From positions 11,070 through 75,069 of the forward strand of contig NIVC01003824.1 in NCBI GenBank assembly GCA_002269645.1: a stretch of 64,000 nt of DNA, read 5' to 3'. Positions 49,723-64,000 of the stretch are shown here, in pieces. Made by a program: the position numbers and the translations under genes. The notes below the pieces were generated by a model. It was given only the letters and a program-made list of their open reading frames with translations. It did not search any database and was not told the DNA's origin. Each line of letters starts with the position of its first letter. The first letter of the stretch is position 1. The DNA is from Macrostomum lignano. Taxonomy: Eukaryota.

Positions 49723-51689
49723 CTTAGCGGCATGAATTTTATATGATCAATTTGACAAACTTGCAGTGAAATCTTTCAATTTAATGGATTTTAAGCCCTA
49801 TTATCAACTAATAATTGCCACTTTTAGCTTATCGAAATACTCAGTAAAAATTTTTTAAAGTATATTAGCTAAACATCTTAATAGGGCCTAGAATTCCTAA
49901 CAAAACAGACTAAGTCCCAAAACTTGACTATTGGCTTCATAGATTAATGTTATCTAAAAGTGTAATTTAATATTATAGATTAGTGGTCTATCTTTTAAGC
50001 CTAATTTATACTTTAATTGCATAGTTTTTTTCATACCTGATTTTAATATTACTTGCTAGTAAGACATGTTAAAAGTTTATACCATTGCAATCTTCTTAAA
50101 AGGGACATATTTTATATGCTTAAGTTTAAATTTAAAACTTAAAGTAGGATTAATTACATGGAAATTAATTTGAACCTATAAATATATATTAAATATGAGC
50201 TAGAGATCCCAATCTTTTCTATTCTATGTCATATACTGTTAAGCATCAAAGTCAATAGAAAATATAAATAATACATTTTATAATTTAGTTTACTTATGCA
50301 ACTTTTATTTTACTAAGAGTAGCTTTTTGGTAAATTAATAAAACCAGGTATAGCATAGGGCTGCAAAATTTTTCAAATAGAACAATTCTATAAAATATGC
50401 ACAGAGAAAATATTATACATAAAATATCAAACAAGTGGAAAATAACAAGCCTATTAACTTAGGCCAAGACACACAAAATAGGCCCCTTTTTAAAACAGGA
50501 CATAAATTAGGTTAACCATTAGCTATAATTCTGTAAGGCAACTAAATTCCATTATAGATTCAGTATCATAATAATAACAATCATTCATAGTAATAATTCT
50601 GTCATTAGAATATTTTTATTGCCAAGAATAACTAGCGAGATTGAAAAAAACGAATTGTAGAAGCGTCAAAATTAAAAAAGGAGACTTTCGGGAGTATCAT
50701 TCATTAGCGCTCGTGTGGTTTATGCCCACAACTATAACTATTGAGTGGTTAACTCAGCCTTCAGGGAAGATAAAGCTAAAGCAAAATGACTATAGGCTTT
50801 AGCTATTATTTGTTGTTTTAAGTGCTATGTTATGTACTCGTACTTCGAGTTAAAGTCAATGAATTCGTGTAATATTGCACTCACGCTCACACTTGAAGTC
50901 CATTGGCTCGTCAAATGGTCTATTATGGTGAATGCCGAATGGACATTGTAAAAAATTCAGAAATAATCTTGAAATAGGAAACTTTGTTACAAAGTCAAAT
51001 TTAATTGAAAGTTAATGCAAAATTTTGTTAATAAACGTTATAACAAAAATTTCAACGTGAATTCGCAAGAAATGTGAGAGCTGCAAACTTATTTTTTATT
51101 TTTTATTCTAACTGTATATACTCTTACTGTTATGAGTTTTTGGTGACGACACTTGGTACTTTGTACTGCGTTGCATGTACATCGCCCTCAGTAATCATCA
51201 CCGATCGATGCTCTCACCTATCAAATCAATCACCAATAAGATTCAGATATATGTACTAATAGTTTGCGTGATCTAGCTATACTCGATTTATATAATACAA
51301 TTTATATCATATAAACGTAAATGACTTGTAAATACATTAGGGCCTGTCAACCACACTTATAAGCTCATAAAAATGGAGCCCGAGCCGCTTATGTACACAA
51401 ATGATACATCATTCTGCTCACAGTGATACCAGAAAGCTGGGTTTGGCAAAAACCGACAAAATTTGGACTTGGAATAAGGGAGAATAAGCAAGGGGATAAT
51501 TAGGGACCACATTAATTTTATGAGCTAATTTTAGTTTATTTATGTATTCCCAACAATGAGGCAGCTCTCCTACACAACTCGCCCTGAGCCAGCAGGAAGC
51601 AAGGACCACTAGAAGTTACCGTTGTTTTTTTATTTTTTTTGTAACTTCTAGTTCTCCTTAATGGCAATTGGCATGAAGCTGCGCGGACC

Positions 51690-53600
<1,911 letters not shown>

Positions 53601-54108
53601 ATGGGCGGCAACGTCTCCTCGCTGCATCCGGATGCACGGAGCCCCCTGCAGCAAAGTCAAATTCAAAGGCCAGATGAGCGAAGAAAGATTAGGGCATAGT
53701 GAGAGAGAGTAGGAAAGAGGCGTTGAGAGATGAGAGAAAAGTCGACACAAACCTGGATCGGGCCGGATTGCTAATGTGTAAAGTTTTAAATGACCCGAGG
53801 GCGGGATAGAGAGGCTTTACAGGTCGGAATTTTCCAACCTCTTGCTTAATAGAAAATAATATATTTGACTGTGTTTATAGTTTGTAACTAGCAATCTACG
53901 CCCCCGTTGGGGAGCCAAAGAAATGCAATACACGTTTTTTTAATAAGCTACATGTATCCTTGAAATCTTAAAAATCTCCTGTCAAAACTTGTCAGCCTTG
54001 AAATGTCAGTAATTCCCCCCCACAAGCTTTAACATATCAACTTCCCCCCTTGACATCTCAGCAATGCCCCCAATAAGCCTTGGAAATCTAAAAATATCTG
54101 TCAACCTT

Positions 54109-54194
54109 CTAACCCTAACCCTAGCCTAACCCTAACCCTAACCCTAACCCTAGCCCTAACCCTAACCTAACCCTAACCCTAACCTAACCCTAAA
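54109..54194. repeat. Interstitial telomere-like (CCCTAA)n inside Helitron unit 1
   Basis: Direct reading. Homologous tracts at ~58415-58500 (degenerate) and ~58837-58873 in unit 2. Confidence 0.9.
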
Positions 54195-55049
54195 GCATTG
54201 ACATTTCAGTAATTCTCTCTAAGAGTCATTATAGCACTACTACAGCATTATAGCGATTCCCTGCAAGCCTCGACATCGTAGGGATTCCCAAATGAATCTC
54301 TTAACTTCGACATGAAGCTTCTTTTATTTTTTACATTACGCTTTTTTTTATCAGCGATCCCTCCCCTGAGGAGGCATTAAATAATGTAATAAAAAGTTTT
54401 CAATTAACTACATGTAGCTTCTGACTTTAGCCTTGAAATCTCATTTATACCCCCGTGAGCCTTGACATGTCAGCTATTCCCCCCGTAAGCCTTGACATGT
54501 CAGCGATGGCCTCCATAAACCTTGAAATCTAAAAAACCCCCCGTTAACCTTGAAACCCGATAAAATATAACCCTCAACCCAAACCTGACCTAAACCTAAC
54601 TTTAACCCAACCTAAAGTCTTGAAATCTCAGCAATTCTTCTCCCCAAAGCCTTGACATTTTAGTGATTCCTTCTTTAAGAATCACAGCACTATAACGATT
54701 TCCTCCAAGCCTTGACATCGTAGCAATTCCCAAATGAATCTTTTAACTTCGACATGACTCTTCTTTTATGTATACATAGTGCTACTTTTATTTTTTACAT
54801 GACTCTTCTTCTATCAGCGCCCCCCCCTGTGGCGAGCCAACAAAGAATGTAATAAAAAAATTGAGTAAAGTACATGAACTTTGAAGTAGCTTCTGACTTT
54901 TGCTTTGACATCTCAGAAACCCCACCCCCGTAATCTCAGTTATTCTCTGTGAGCCTTGACGTCTCAGTTTTTCTCCCTAGCCCAGCACTATAGCTTCATT
55001 TAATTTTTACATGACACCTTTCATGTCTGACATGACGCTTCTTTTATTC

Positions 55050-57555
55050 TACCATGATGCTTCTTGATTTTTTAAATGACACTTTCATTAGTTTTTAATG
55101 AGGCTTCTATGATTTTTTCATGACGCTTCTATGATTTTTTCATGACACTCCTATGATTTTTTCATGACGCTTCTATGATTTTTTACATGACGCTTCTATG
55201 ACTTTTTAGATGACGCTTCGATGATTGTTTACATGACGCTTCTATGATTTTTTCATGACGCTTCTATGATTTTTTACATGACGCTTCTATGATTTTTACA
55301 TGACGCTTCTATGATTGTTTACATGACACTTCTATGATTTTTAAATGACGCTTCTATGATTTTTTACATTACGCTTCTATGATTTTTACATGACACTTCT
55401 ATGATTTTTTACATGACGCTTCTATGATTGTTTACATGACACTTCTATGATTTTTACATGACGCTTCTATGATTTTTTACATGACGCTTCTATGATTTTT
55501 AACATGACGCTTCTATGATTGTTTACATGACGCTTCTATGATTTTTTACATGACGCTTCTATGATTTTTTACATGACACTTCTATGATTTTTACATGACG
55601 CTTCTATGATTTTTTACATGACGCTTCTATTATTTTTTACATGACGCTTCTATGATTGTTTACATGACACTTCTATGATTTTTACATGACGCTTCTATGA
55701 TTTTTTACATGACGCTTCTATGATGGTTTACATGACGCTTCTATGATTGTTTACATGACGCTTCTATGATTTTTTTAAATGACGCTTCTATGATTTTTAT
55801 ATGACGCTTCTATGATTGTTTACATGACGCTTCTATGATTTTTTACATGACGCTTCTATGATTGTTTACATGACGCTTCTATGATTGTTTCATGAGGCTT
55901 CTATGATTTTTTACATGACGCTTCAATGATTGTTTACATGACGCTTCTATGATTTTTTTACATGACGCTTCAATGATTTTTTCATGACACTCCTATGATT
56001 TTTTCATGACGCTTCTATGATTTTTTACATGACGCTTCTATGACTTTTTAGATGACGCTTTGATGATTGTTTACATGACGCTTTTATGATTTTTTCATGA
56101 CGCTTCTATGATTGTTTACATGACGCTTCTATGATTTTTACATGACGCTTCTATGATTGTTTACATGACACTTCTATGATTTTTACATGACGCTTCTATG
56201 ATTTTTTACATGACGCTTCTATAATGGTTTACATGACGCTTCTATGATTGTTTCATGACGCTTCTATGATTTTTTACATGACGCTTCAATGATTGTTTAC
56301 ATGACGCTTCTATGATTGTTTACATGACGCTTCAATGATTTTTTCATGACACTCCTATGATTTTTTCATGACGCTTCTATGATTTTTTACATGACGCTTC
56401 TATGACTTTTTAGATGACGCTTCGATGATTGTTTACATGACGCTTTTATGATTTTTTCATGACGCTTCTATGATTGTTTACATGACGCTTCTATGATTTT
56501 TACATGACGCTTCTATGATTGTTTACATGACACTTCTATGATTTTTAAATGACGCTTCTATGATTTTTTACATTACGCTTCTATGATTGTTTACATGACG
56601 CTTCTATGATTTTTTTAAATGACGCTTCTATGAGTTTTATATGACGCTTCTATGCTTTCTACATGACGCTTCTATGCTTTTTACATGACGCTTCTATGCT
56701 TTTTACATGACGCTTCTATGATTGTTTACATGACGCTTCTATGATTTTTTCATGACGCTTCTATGATTGTTTACATGACACTTCTATGATTTTTACATGA
56801 CGCTTCTATGATTTTTTACATGACGCTTCTATGATTTTTTACATGACACTTCTATGATTTTTAAATGACGCTTCTATGATTGTTTACATGACGCTTCTAT
56901 GATTTTTTACATGACGCTTCTATGATTGTTTACATGACGCTTCTATGATTTTTTAAATGACGCTTCTATGATTTTTATATGACGCTTCTCTGATTGTTTA
57001 CATGACGCTTCTATGATTTTTTACATGACGCTTCTATGATTGTTTACATGACGCTTCTATGATTTTTTAAATGACGCTTCTATGAGTTTTATATGACGCT
57101 TCTATGCTTTTTACATGACGCTTCTATGCTTTTTACATGACGCTTCTATGATTGTTTACATGACGCTTCTATGATTGTTTACATGACGCTTCTATGATTT
57201 TTTACATGACGCTTCTATGATTTTTAACATGACGCTTCTATGATTGTTTACATGACGCTTCTATGATTTTTAACATGACGCTTCTATGATTGTTTACATG
57301 ACGCTTCTATGATTTTTTACATGACGCTTCTCTGATTGTTTACATGACGCTTCTATGATTGTTTCATGACGCTTCTATGATTTTTTACATGACGCTTCAA
57401 TGATTGTTTACATGACGCTTCTACGATTGTTTACATGACGCTTCAATGATTTTTTAAATGACGCTTCTATGATTGTTTACATGACGCTTCTATGATTGTT
57501 TCATGACGCTTCTATGATTTTTTACATGACGCTTCAATGATTTTTTACATGACGC
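55050..57555. repeat. 22-23-nt satellite (ACATGACGCTTCTATGATTGTTT / ...TTTTT) inside Helitron unit 1
   Basis: Direct reading, roughly 110 copies. Confidence 0.96.
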
Positions 57556-57606
57556 CTTTTGTCCTTTATTTGTCCTTGAATAAAAGCTTTTAATAAAAAA
57601 CTTTTC

Positions 57607-57672
57607 ACTACTAAGATTCGAACCCAGGTCGCTGCATTTGCAGTCCAGTCTGTTCACATCTAGGCTAGCTCT
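57607..57672 (-). pseudogene. tRNA-like (Cys-GCA-like) segment within the Helitron 5' region
   Basis: Minus strand AGAGCTAGCCTAGATGTGAACAGACTGGACTGCAAATGCAGCGACCTGGGTTCGAATCTTAG: A-box-like start, anticodon arm CTGGA-CTGCAAA-TGCAG (4/5 pairs), and B box GGTTCGAATC. A more degenerate copy lies at ~62170-62230. Confidence 0.55.
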
Positions 57673-58160
57673 TATCGAATTTATAAATGAAATTGTAGCA
57701 CTTATATAATTCAACACTCACTCACGAAGCAGTTATGACATAATCAATTTCCCAGGCAAGTCAGTATCAGTCTCAATTAAAGTTGAGAATATGGTTACGC
57801 AATCTAAATCAAGTCTGGTGCTACGCTTCCACACTGAATTTTCAATACTAAGACGCAATTCAAGTTGGAGTTACAATTCAGTTATGATGCAATCTATTTC
57901 AGAATCAGATTCAACCAGTCAATTTTTCTCTTAGCATTCTTACAATGCATTTCAAGTCGAAAAGTTTGCTTGACCTTTGCAAAAAAGCATGTTTTTCGAA
58001 TATTTAATGCCTTTAGCATCAAGCAATTTCTTAGCTAAGACACATGTACCGTCACGGGAAAATTTCTGATCGAACAGTGCAAGTCTCATGAAAATCGGTC
58101 CAGCCATTTTTTCTCTAATCGATTTCGTACAAACAAACAACTCATTTTTAGTATATAGGA

Positions 58161-61100
58161 CTAGCAATCTACGCCCCCGTTGGGGAGCTAAAGAAATGAA
58201 TACACGTTTTTTAATAAGCTACATGTAGCCTTGAAATCCTAAAAAATCTCCTGTCAAACTTCTAATAGCCCTAACCCCAACCCTAAATTTAATATTTTGT
58301 CCATGAGTTTTTGCATGATGCTTCTATGATTTTTTGAATGACGCTTCCATGATTTTTGCATGACGCTTCTATGCTAAACATTTTTAATAAGCTACATGAG
58401 CTAAGTTATAAGCTACCCTAACCCTAGCACTAACCCGAATCTTAACGCTATAACCCTAACCCTAACCATATACCCTAACACCAACGCTAACACTAACCCT
58501 ACAGCCTTACATCTGTATAAGTTTGTGAAGCGCTAGTAGTATTTTTTTAGCTTAGTATCTTAGCGTTGGGGAGCCAAAAAATGCAGTACAAGTTTTGTAA
58601 TAAACTACATGTAGCATCTCTTTGCAATATCTCTCTGCAATATTTGCATCTCTTTGCAATATCTCTCTGCAATATTTGCATCTCTTTGCAATAATATACT
58701 GCTTTGCAAGCAGTCCCTTGTAAGCCTTGACATGTCAGTAATTCCCCCCCCACAAGCTTTAACATTTCAACTTCCCCTTGACATCTCAGCGATGCTCCCC
58801 ATAAGCCATGAAATCTAAAAAATCTGTCAACTTTCTAACCCTAACCCTAACCCTAACCTAACCTAACCCTAAAGCATTGACATTTCAGTAATTCTCTCTA
58901 AGAGTCATTATAGCACTACTACAGCATTATAGCGATTCCCTGCAAGCCTCGACATCGTAGGGATTCCCAAATGAATCTCTTAACTTCGACATGAAGCTTC
59001 TTATTTTTTACATTACGCTTTTTCTATCAGCGATCCCTCCCGTGAGGAGCCAACAAATAATGAAAAAAAGTTTTCAATAGACTACATGTAGCTTCTGACT
59101 TTAGCCTTGACATCTCATTTATTCCCCCATGAGCCTTGACATCTCAGCTATTCCCCTCGTAAGCCTTGAAATGTCAGCAATGCCCCCCATAAACCTTGAT
59201 ATCTGAAAAATCCCCTGTTAACCTTGAAACCCGCTAAAATCTAACCCTCAACCCACACCGGAACTAAACCTAACTTTAACCCAACCTAAAACCTTGAAAT
59301 CTCAGCAATTCTTCTCCCCAAAGCCTTGACATTTTAGTGATTCCTTCTTTAAGAATCACAGCACTATAGCGATTCCCTCCAAGCCTTGACATCGTAGCAA
59401 TTCCCAAATGAATATTTTAACTTCGATATGACTCTTCTTTTATGTATACATAGTGCTTCTTTTCTTTTTACATGACTCTTCTTCTATCAGCGCCCCCCCC
59501 CCGTGGCGAGCCAACAAAGAAGGTAATAAAAATAAAAAAATTGAGTAAACTACATGTACTTTGAAGTAGCTTCTGACTTTTGCTTTGACATCTCAGAAAC
59601 CCCCCCCCCTAATCTCAGTTATTCTCCGTGAGCCTTGACATCTCAGTAATTCTCCCCAGCACAGCACAATAGCTTCATTTAATTTTTACATGACACTTCT
59701 TTCATGTCTGACATGACGCTTCTTTTGATTTTTACATGACGCTTCTATGATTTCTAAAATGACACTTCCATTAGTTTTTATATAAGGCTTCTATGATTTT
59801 TTACATGACGCTTCTATGATTTCTTAAATGACACTTCCATTAGTTTTTATATAAGTTTTGTAATAAGTTTTGTATAAGTTTTGTAATTTTTACATGACGC
59901 TTCTACGATTGTTTACATGACGTTTCTATGATGTTTTTACATGACGCTTCTATGATCTTTTACATGACGCTTCTATGATTTTTTACATGACGCTTTTATG
60001 ATTTTTACATGACGTTTCTATGACTTTTTTACATGACGCTTCTATGATTTTTTTAAATGACGCTTCTAGGTTTTTAAATGACGCTTCTAGGATTTTTACA
60101 TGACGCTTCTATGATTGTTTACATGACGCTTCTATGATTTTTCTACATGACGTTTCTATGATTTTTTACATGACGCTTCTATGACTTTTTTACATGACGC
60201 TTCTATGATTGTTTACATGACGCTTCTATGATTTTTTAAATGACGCTTCTATGATTTTTATATGACGCTTCTACGATTGTTTACATGACGCTTTTATGAT
60301 TGTTTACATGACGCTTCTATACTTTTTTTACATGACGCTTGTATGATTTTTTTACATGACGCTTCTATGATTTTTATATGACGCTTCTACGATTGTTTAC
60401 ATGACGCTTCTATGATTATTTACATGACGCTTCGATTTTTTTACATGACTCTTCTATGATTTTTTACATGACGCTTCTATGATTGTTTACATGACGCTTC
60501 TATGATTGTTTACATGACGCTTCAATGATTCTTTAAATGACGCATTTATGATTTTTATATGACGCTTCTATGATTTTTTAAATGACGCTTTTATGATTTT
60601 TACATGACGCTTCTATGATTGTCTACATGACACTTCTATGATGGTTTACATGACGCTTCTATGATGGTTTACATGACGCTTCTATGATTTTTTACATGAC
60701 GCTTCTATGATTGTTTACAGGACGCTTCTATGATTGTTTACATGACGCTTCTATGACTTTTTTACATGACGCTTCTATGATTTTTTTAAATGACGCTTCT
60801 AGGTTTTTAAATGACGCTTCTACGATTTTTACATGACGCTTCTATGATTGTTTACATGACGCTTCTATGATTTTTCTACATGACGTTTCTATGATTTTTT
60901 ACATGACGCTTCTATGACTTTTTTACATGACGCTTCTATGATTGTTTACATGACGCTTCTATGATTTTTTAAATGACGCTTCTATGATTTTTATATGACG
61001 CTTCTACGATTGTTTACATGACGCTTTTATGATTGTTTACATGACGCTTCTATACTTTTTTTACATGACGCTTGTATGATTTTTTTACATGACGCTTCTA

Positions 61101-62718
61101 TGATTTTTATATGACGCTTCTACGATTGTTTACATGACGCTTCTATGATTATTTACATGACGCTTCGATTTTTTTACATGACTCTTCTATGATTTTTTAC
61201 ATGACGCTTCTATGATTGTTTACATGACGCTTCTATGATTGTTTACATGACGCTTCAATGATTCTTTAAATGACGCATTTATGATTTTTATATGACGCTT
61301 CTATGATTTTTTAAATGACGCTTTTATGATTTTTACATGACGCTTCTATGATTGTCTACATGACACTTCTATGATGGTTTACATGACGCTTCTATGATGG
61401 TTTACATGACGCTTCTATGATTTTTTACATGACGCTTCTATGATTGTTTACAGGACGCTTCTATGATTGTTTACATGACGCTTCTATGACTTTTTTACAT
61501 GACGCTTCTATGATTTTTTTAAATGACGCTTCTAGGTTTTTAAATGACGCTTCTACGATTTTTACATGACGCTTCTATGATTGTTTACATGACGCTTCTA
61601 TGATTTTTCTACATGACGTTTCTATGATTTTTTACATGACGCTTCTATGACTTTTTTACATGACGCTTCTATGATTGTTTACATGACGCTTCTATGATTT
61701 TTTAAATGACGCTTCTATGATTTTTATATGACGCTTCTACGATTGTTTACATGACGCTTTTATGATTGTTTACATGACGCTTCTATACTTTTTTTACATG
61801 ACGCTTGTATGATTTTTTTACATGACGCTTCTATGATTTTTATATGACGCTTCTACGATTGTTTACATGACGCTTCTATGATTATTTACATGACGCTTCT
61901 ATGATTTTTTACATGACTCTTCTATGATTTTTTACATGACGCTTCTATGATTGTTTACATGACGCTTCTATGATTGTTTACATGACGCTTCAATGATTCT
62001 TTAAATGACGCATTTATGATTTTTATATGACGCTTCTATGATTTTTTAAATGACGCTTCTACGATTTTTTACATGACGCTTCTATGATTTTTACATGACG
62101 ATTCTTTTTAAAAAGTCTTTTAGTTTTCCTGACGTTGAAAAGCTTTAATTAAAAAAATTATACACTATGAAAATTCGCACCATCGTCGCTGCATTTAGCA
62201 GTTCAATTTGTTCACCTCTAGGCTAGCTCTCATCGTTTTGATATCATCAAATTTTTCACTTATATAATTCAACACTCTAAAATCCAAGCATAGAGTAAAT
62301 CACACGAAGCAGTTATGACATAATCAGTTTCTCAGTCAGTCAGTATCAGTTTAACAATATGGTTACGCAATTTAAATCAAGTCTGGTGCTACGCTTCCAC
62401 ACTGCATTTCAATTCAAGTCGAAGTTACAATTCAGTTATGATGCAATCTATTTCAGAGTCAGAATTCAACCAGTCAGTTTTTTCTCATAGCATTCTTACA
62501 ATGCATTTCAAGTCGAAAAGTTTGCTGACCTTTGCAAAAAGCATGTTTTTCGAATTTTTAATGCCTTTAGCATCGAGCAATTTCTTAGCCACGATGCATG
62601 TACAGTCACAGCGGAAAATTTCTGATCGAACAGTGCAAGTTCGAACAAAATCGGTCCAGCCATTTTTTCTCTAATCGATCACATAGACACAGACAGACCA
62701 TTTTTGTATATTGGAGGA
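58161..62718 (-). mobile_element. Non-autonomous Helitron-like element, unit 2 (4558 bp), head-to-tail with unit 1
   Basis: 3' hairpin + CTAG at 58161 directly abuts the 5' TC of unit 1. 5' end A|TCCTCCAATATACAAAAA at 62718. The unique blocks are homologous to unit 1. Confidence 0.75.
59690..62105. repeat. Same 22-23-nt satellite in Helitron unit 2, with a 733-bp higher-order repeat
   Basis: Rare variants recur at exact 733-bp spacing (TTCTAGG at 60064/60797/61530). Confidence 0.95.
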
Positions 62719-62869
62719 TAATAGTTATTTACTAGCAATCTTCGCGCCCCGATGGGGGGACATCTGGATAGAATCTCTGTTTTCTACAAGTAACAAAAAG
62801 ACAGCCAAAAATCCTTCAAAAAGAGCAACAGACAAACTGCTCAAATGAAGTGCATTGCAAAAAGAAATC

Positions 62870-63262
62870 ATCCCCAAGACTGCAAGCATCCCCAGATAGC
62901 AAGCATCCCCAAGATAGCAAGCATCCCCAGATAGCAAGCATCCCCAAGATAGCAAGCATCCCCCAGATAGCAAGCATCCCCAAGATAGCAAGCATCCGCC
63001 AGATAGCAAGCATCCCCCAGATAGCAAGCATCCCCAAGATAGCAAGCATCCCCCAGATAGCAAGCATCGCCCAGATAGCAAGCATCCCCCAGATAGCAAG
63101 CATCCCCCAGATAGCAAGCATCCCCCAGATAGCAAGCATCCCTCAGATAGCAAGCATCCCCCAGATAGCAAGCATCCCCAAGATAGCAAGCATCCCCCAG
63201 ATAGCAAGCATCCCCAAGATAGTAAGCATCCCCAAGATAGATAGCATCCCCAAATAGCAAGC
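62870..63262. repeat. 14-15-nt tandem repeat (AGATAGCAAGCATCCCC)
   Basis: Direct reading. Confidence 0.93.
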
Positions 63263-63374
63263 ATCCACCAGACAATAAGTAGCTAGTGCGACAATTTCCT
63301 TAGCATTATAGCGGCTCCTTTAAAATTCGCTTACTTTTACGTTTGAAATTGTGTATCTTTTATGTTTAACAGGG

Positions 63375-64000
63375 TGGCTCTTTTATGTTATACATTGTGG
63401 CTCTTTTATGTTATACATTGTGGCTCTTTTATGTTATACATTGTGGCTCTTTTTTGTTCTACGCTCGTACATGGTAACTCTTTTATGTTTGATACGGTGG
63501 CTTTTCAATGTCTGACATGGTGGCTCTTCTATGTTTGACATGGGGCTCTTCTATGTTTGACAAAGTGGCTTTTTAATGTTTAACATGGTGGCTCTTTAAT
63601 TGTTTTACATGGTGGCACTTTCATGTTTGACCTGTGGCTCTTTAATGTTTGACATGGTGGCTTTTTAATATTTGACATGGTGGCACTTTCATGTTTTGAC
63701 CTGGTGGGTCTTTAATGTTTGACATGGTACCTCTTTTATGTTCTACATGGTGGCTCTTTTATGTTCGACATGGTGGCTCTTTATAATGTTTTACATGGTG
63801 GCTCTTTAATGTTTGACATGGTGACTCCTTTATGTTCTACATGGTGGCTCTTTTATGTTCGACATGGTGCTCTTTAATGTTTGACATGGTGGCTCTTTTA
63901 GGTTTGAAATGGTGCTCTTTAATGCTTGACATGGTGGCTCTTTTAGTTTAAAATGTGGCTCTTTAATATTTGACAAGGTGGCTCTTTAATGTTTGATAAA
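63375..64000. repeat. Degenerate ~23-nt tandem repeat (TTTGACATGGTGGCTCTTTAATG)
   Basis: Direct reading. Confidence 0.88.

Larger units (their letters stand above)
53888..58160 (-). mobile_element. Non-autonomous Helitron-like element, unit 1 (4273 bp)
   Basis: Minus-strand 5' end TCCTATATACTAAAAATGAG at 58160. 3' end has a CCCC-AAC-GGGG hairpin followed by ...GTAGATTGCTAG|T at 53888. No TSD. Confidence 0.75.
62732..64000 (-). mobile_element. Third Helitron-like element (related subfamily), 3' end only; probably runs off the window
   Basis: Minus strand ...CCCCCCATCGGGGCGCGAAGATTGCTAG|T (hairpin + CTAG), located 13 bp from the 5' end of unit 2. The extent beyond the terminus is assumed. Confidence 0.5.

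Noticed and set aside
54109-54194. True telomere or chromosome end
   Set aside because: The tracts are short, degenerate, internal, and repeated at equivalent positions within the Helitron-like units.
55050-62105. Hundreds of TGACG (CRE half-site) motifs as a regulatory array
   Set aside because: A 5-bp half-site within a transposon-borne satellite far from an evident promoter is too weak to claim without data.

Overview
Eukaryotic (animal) genomic DNA. It is most likely a free-living flatworm such as Macrostomum; this is an inference from the GC-rich exons, introns filled with minisatellites, the TTAGGG-type telomeric repeats and the gene content. I can support nine protein-coding genes. 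On the + strand: a fucose mutarotase (FUOM), an intronless glucose-6-phosphatase (G6PC-like), an intronless FABP, a PB1-domain MAP2K5/MEK5-like kinase, TIMMDC1, and a secreted PAN-like + ALK/LTK glycine-rich protein. On the - strand: an SLC5 (SMVT/SMCT-like) transporter, a C-type lectin + PAN-like protein, and an intronless HemK-like methyltransferase with a bacterial-looking sequence. Mobile DNA is abundant: tRNA-derived SINEs, hAT-like and mariner MITEs with intact TSDs, a decayed mariner transposase, and LINE fragments (one with RNase H). The last 10 kb is a head-to-tail array of non-autonomous Helitron-like elements carrying satellites, telomeric repeats and a tRNA-like segment. The most notable unexplained patterns are three sharply bounded CpG-void blocks at gene 5' ends, a G6PC ORF with no ATG at the homologous N-terminus (possibly started by a spliced-leader AUG), a private satellite in nearly every long intron, and a ~1.85 kb array of AP-1 consensus sites next to the MAP2K gene. 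Splice junctions were derived by hand from GT/AG signals plus frame and homology; uncertain ones are flagged. Most long ORFs in the supplied track are artefacts of tandem repeats.
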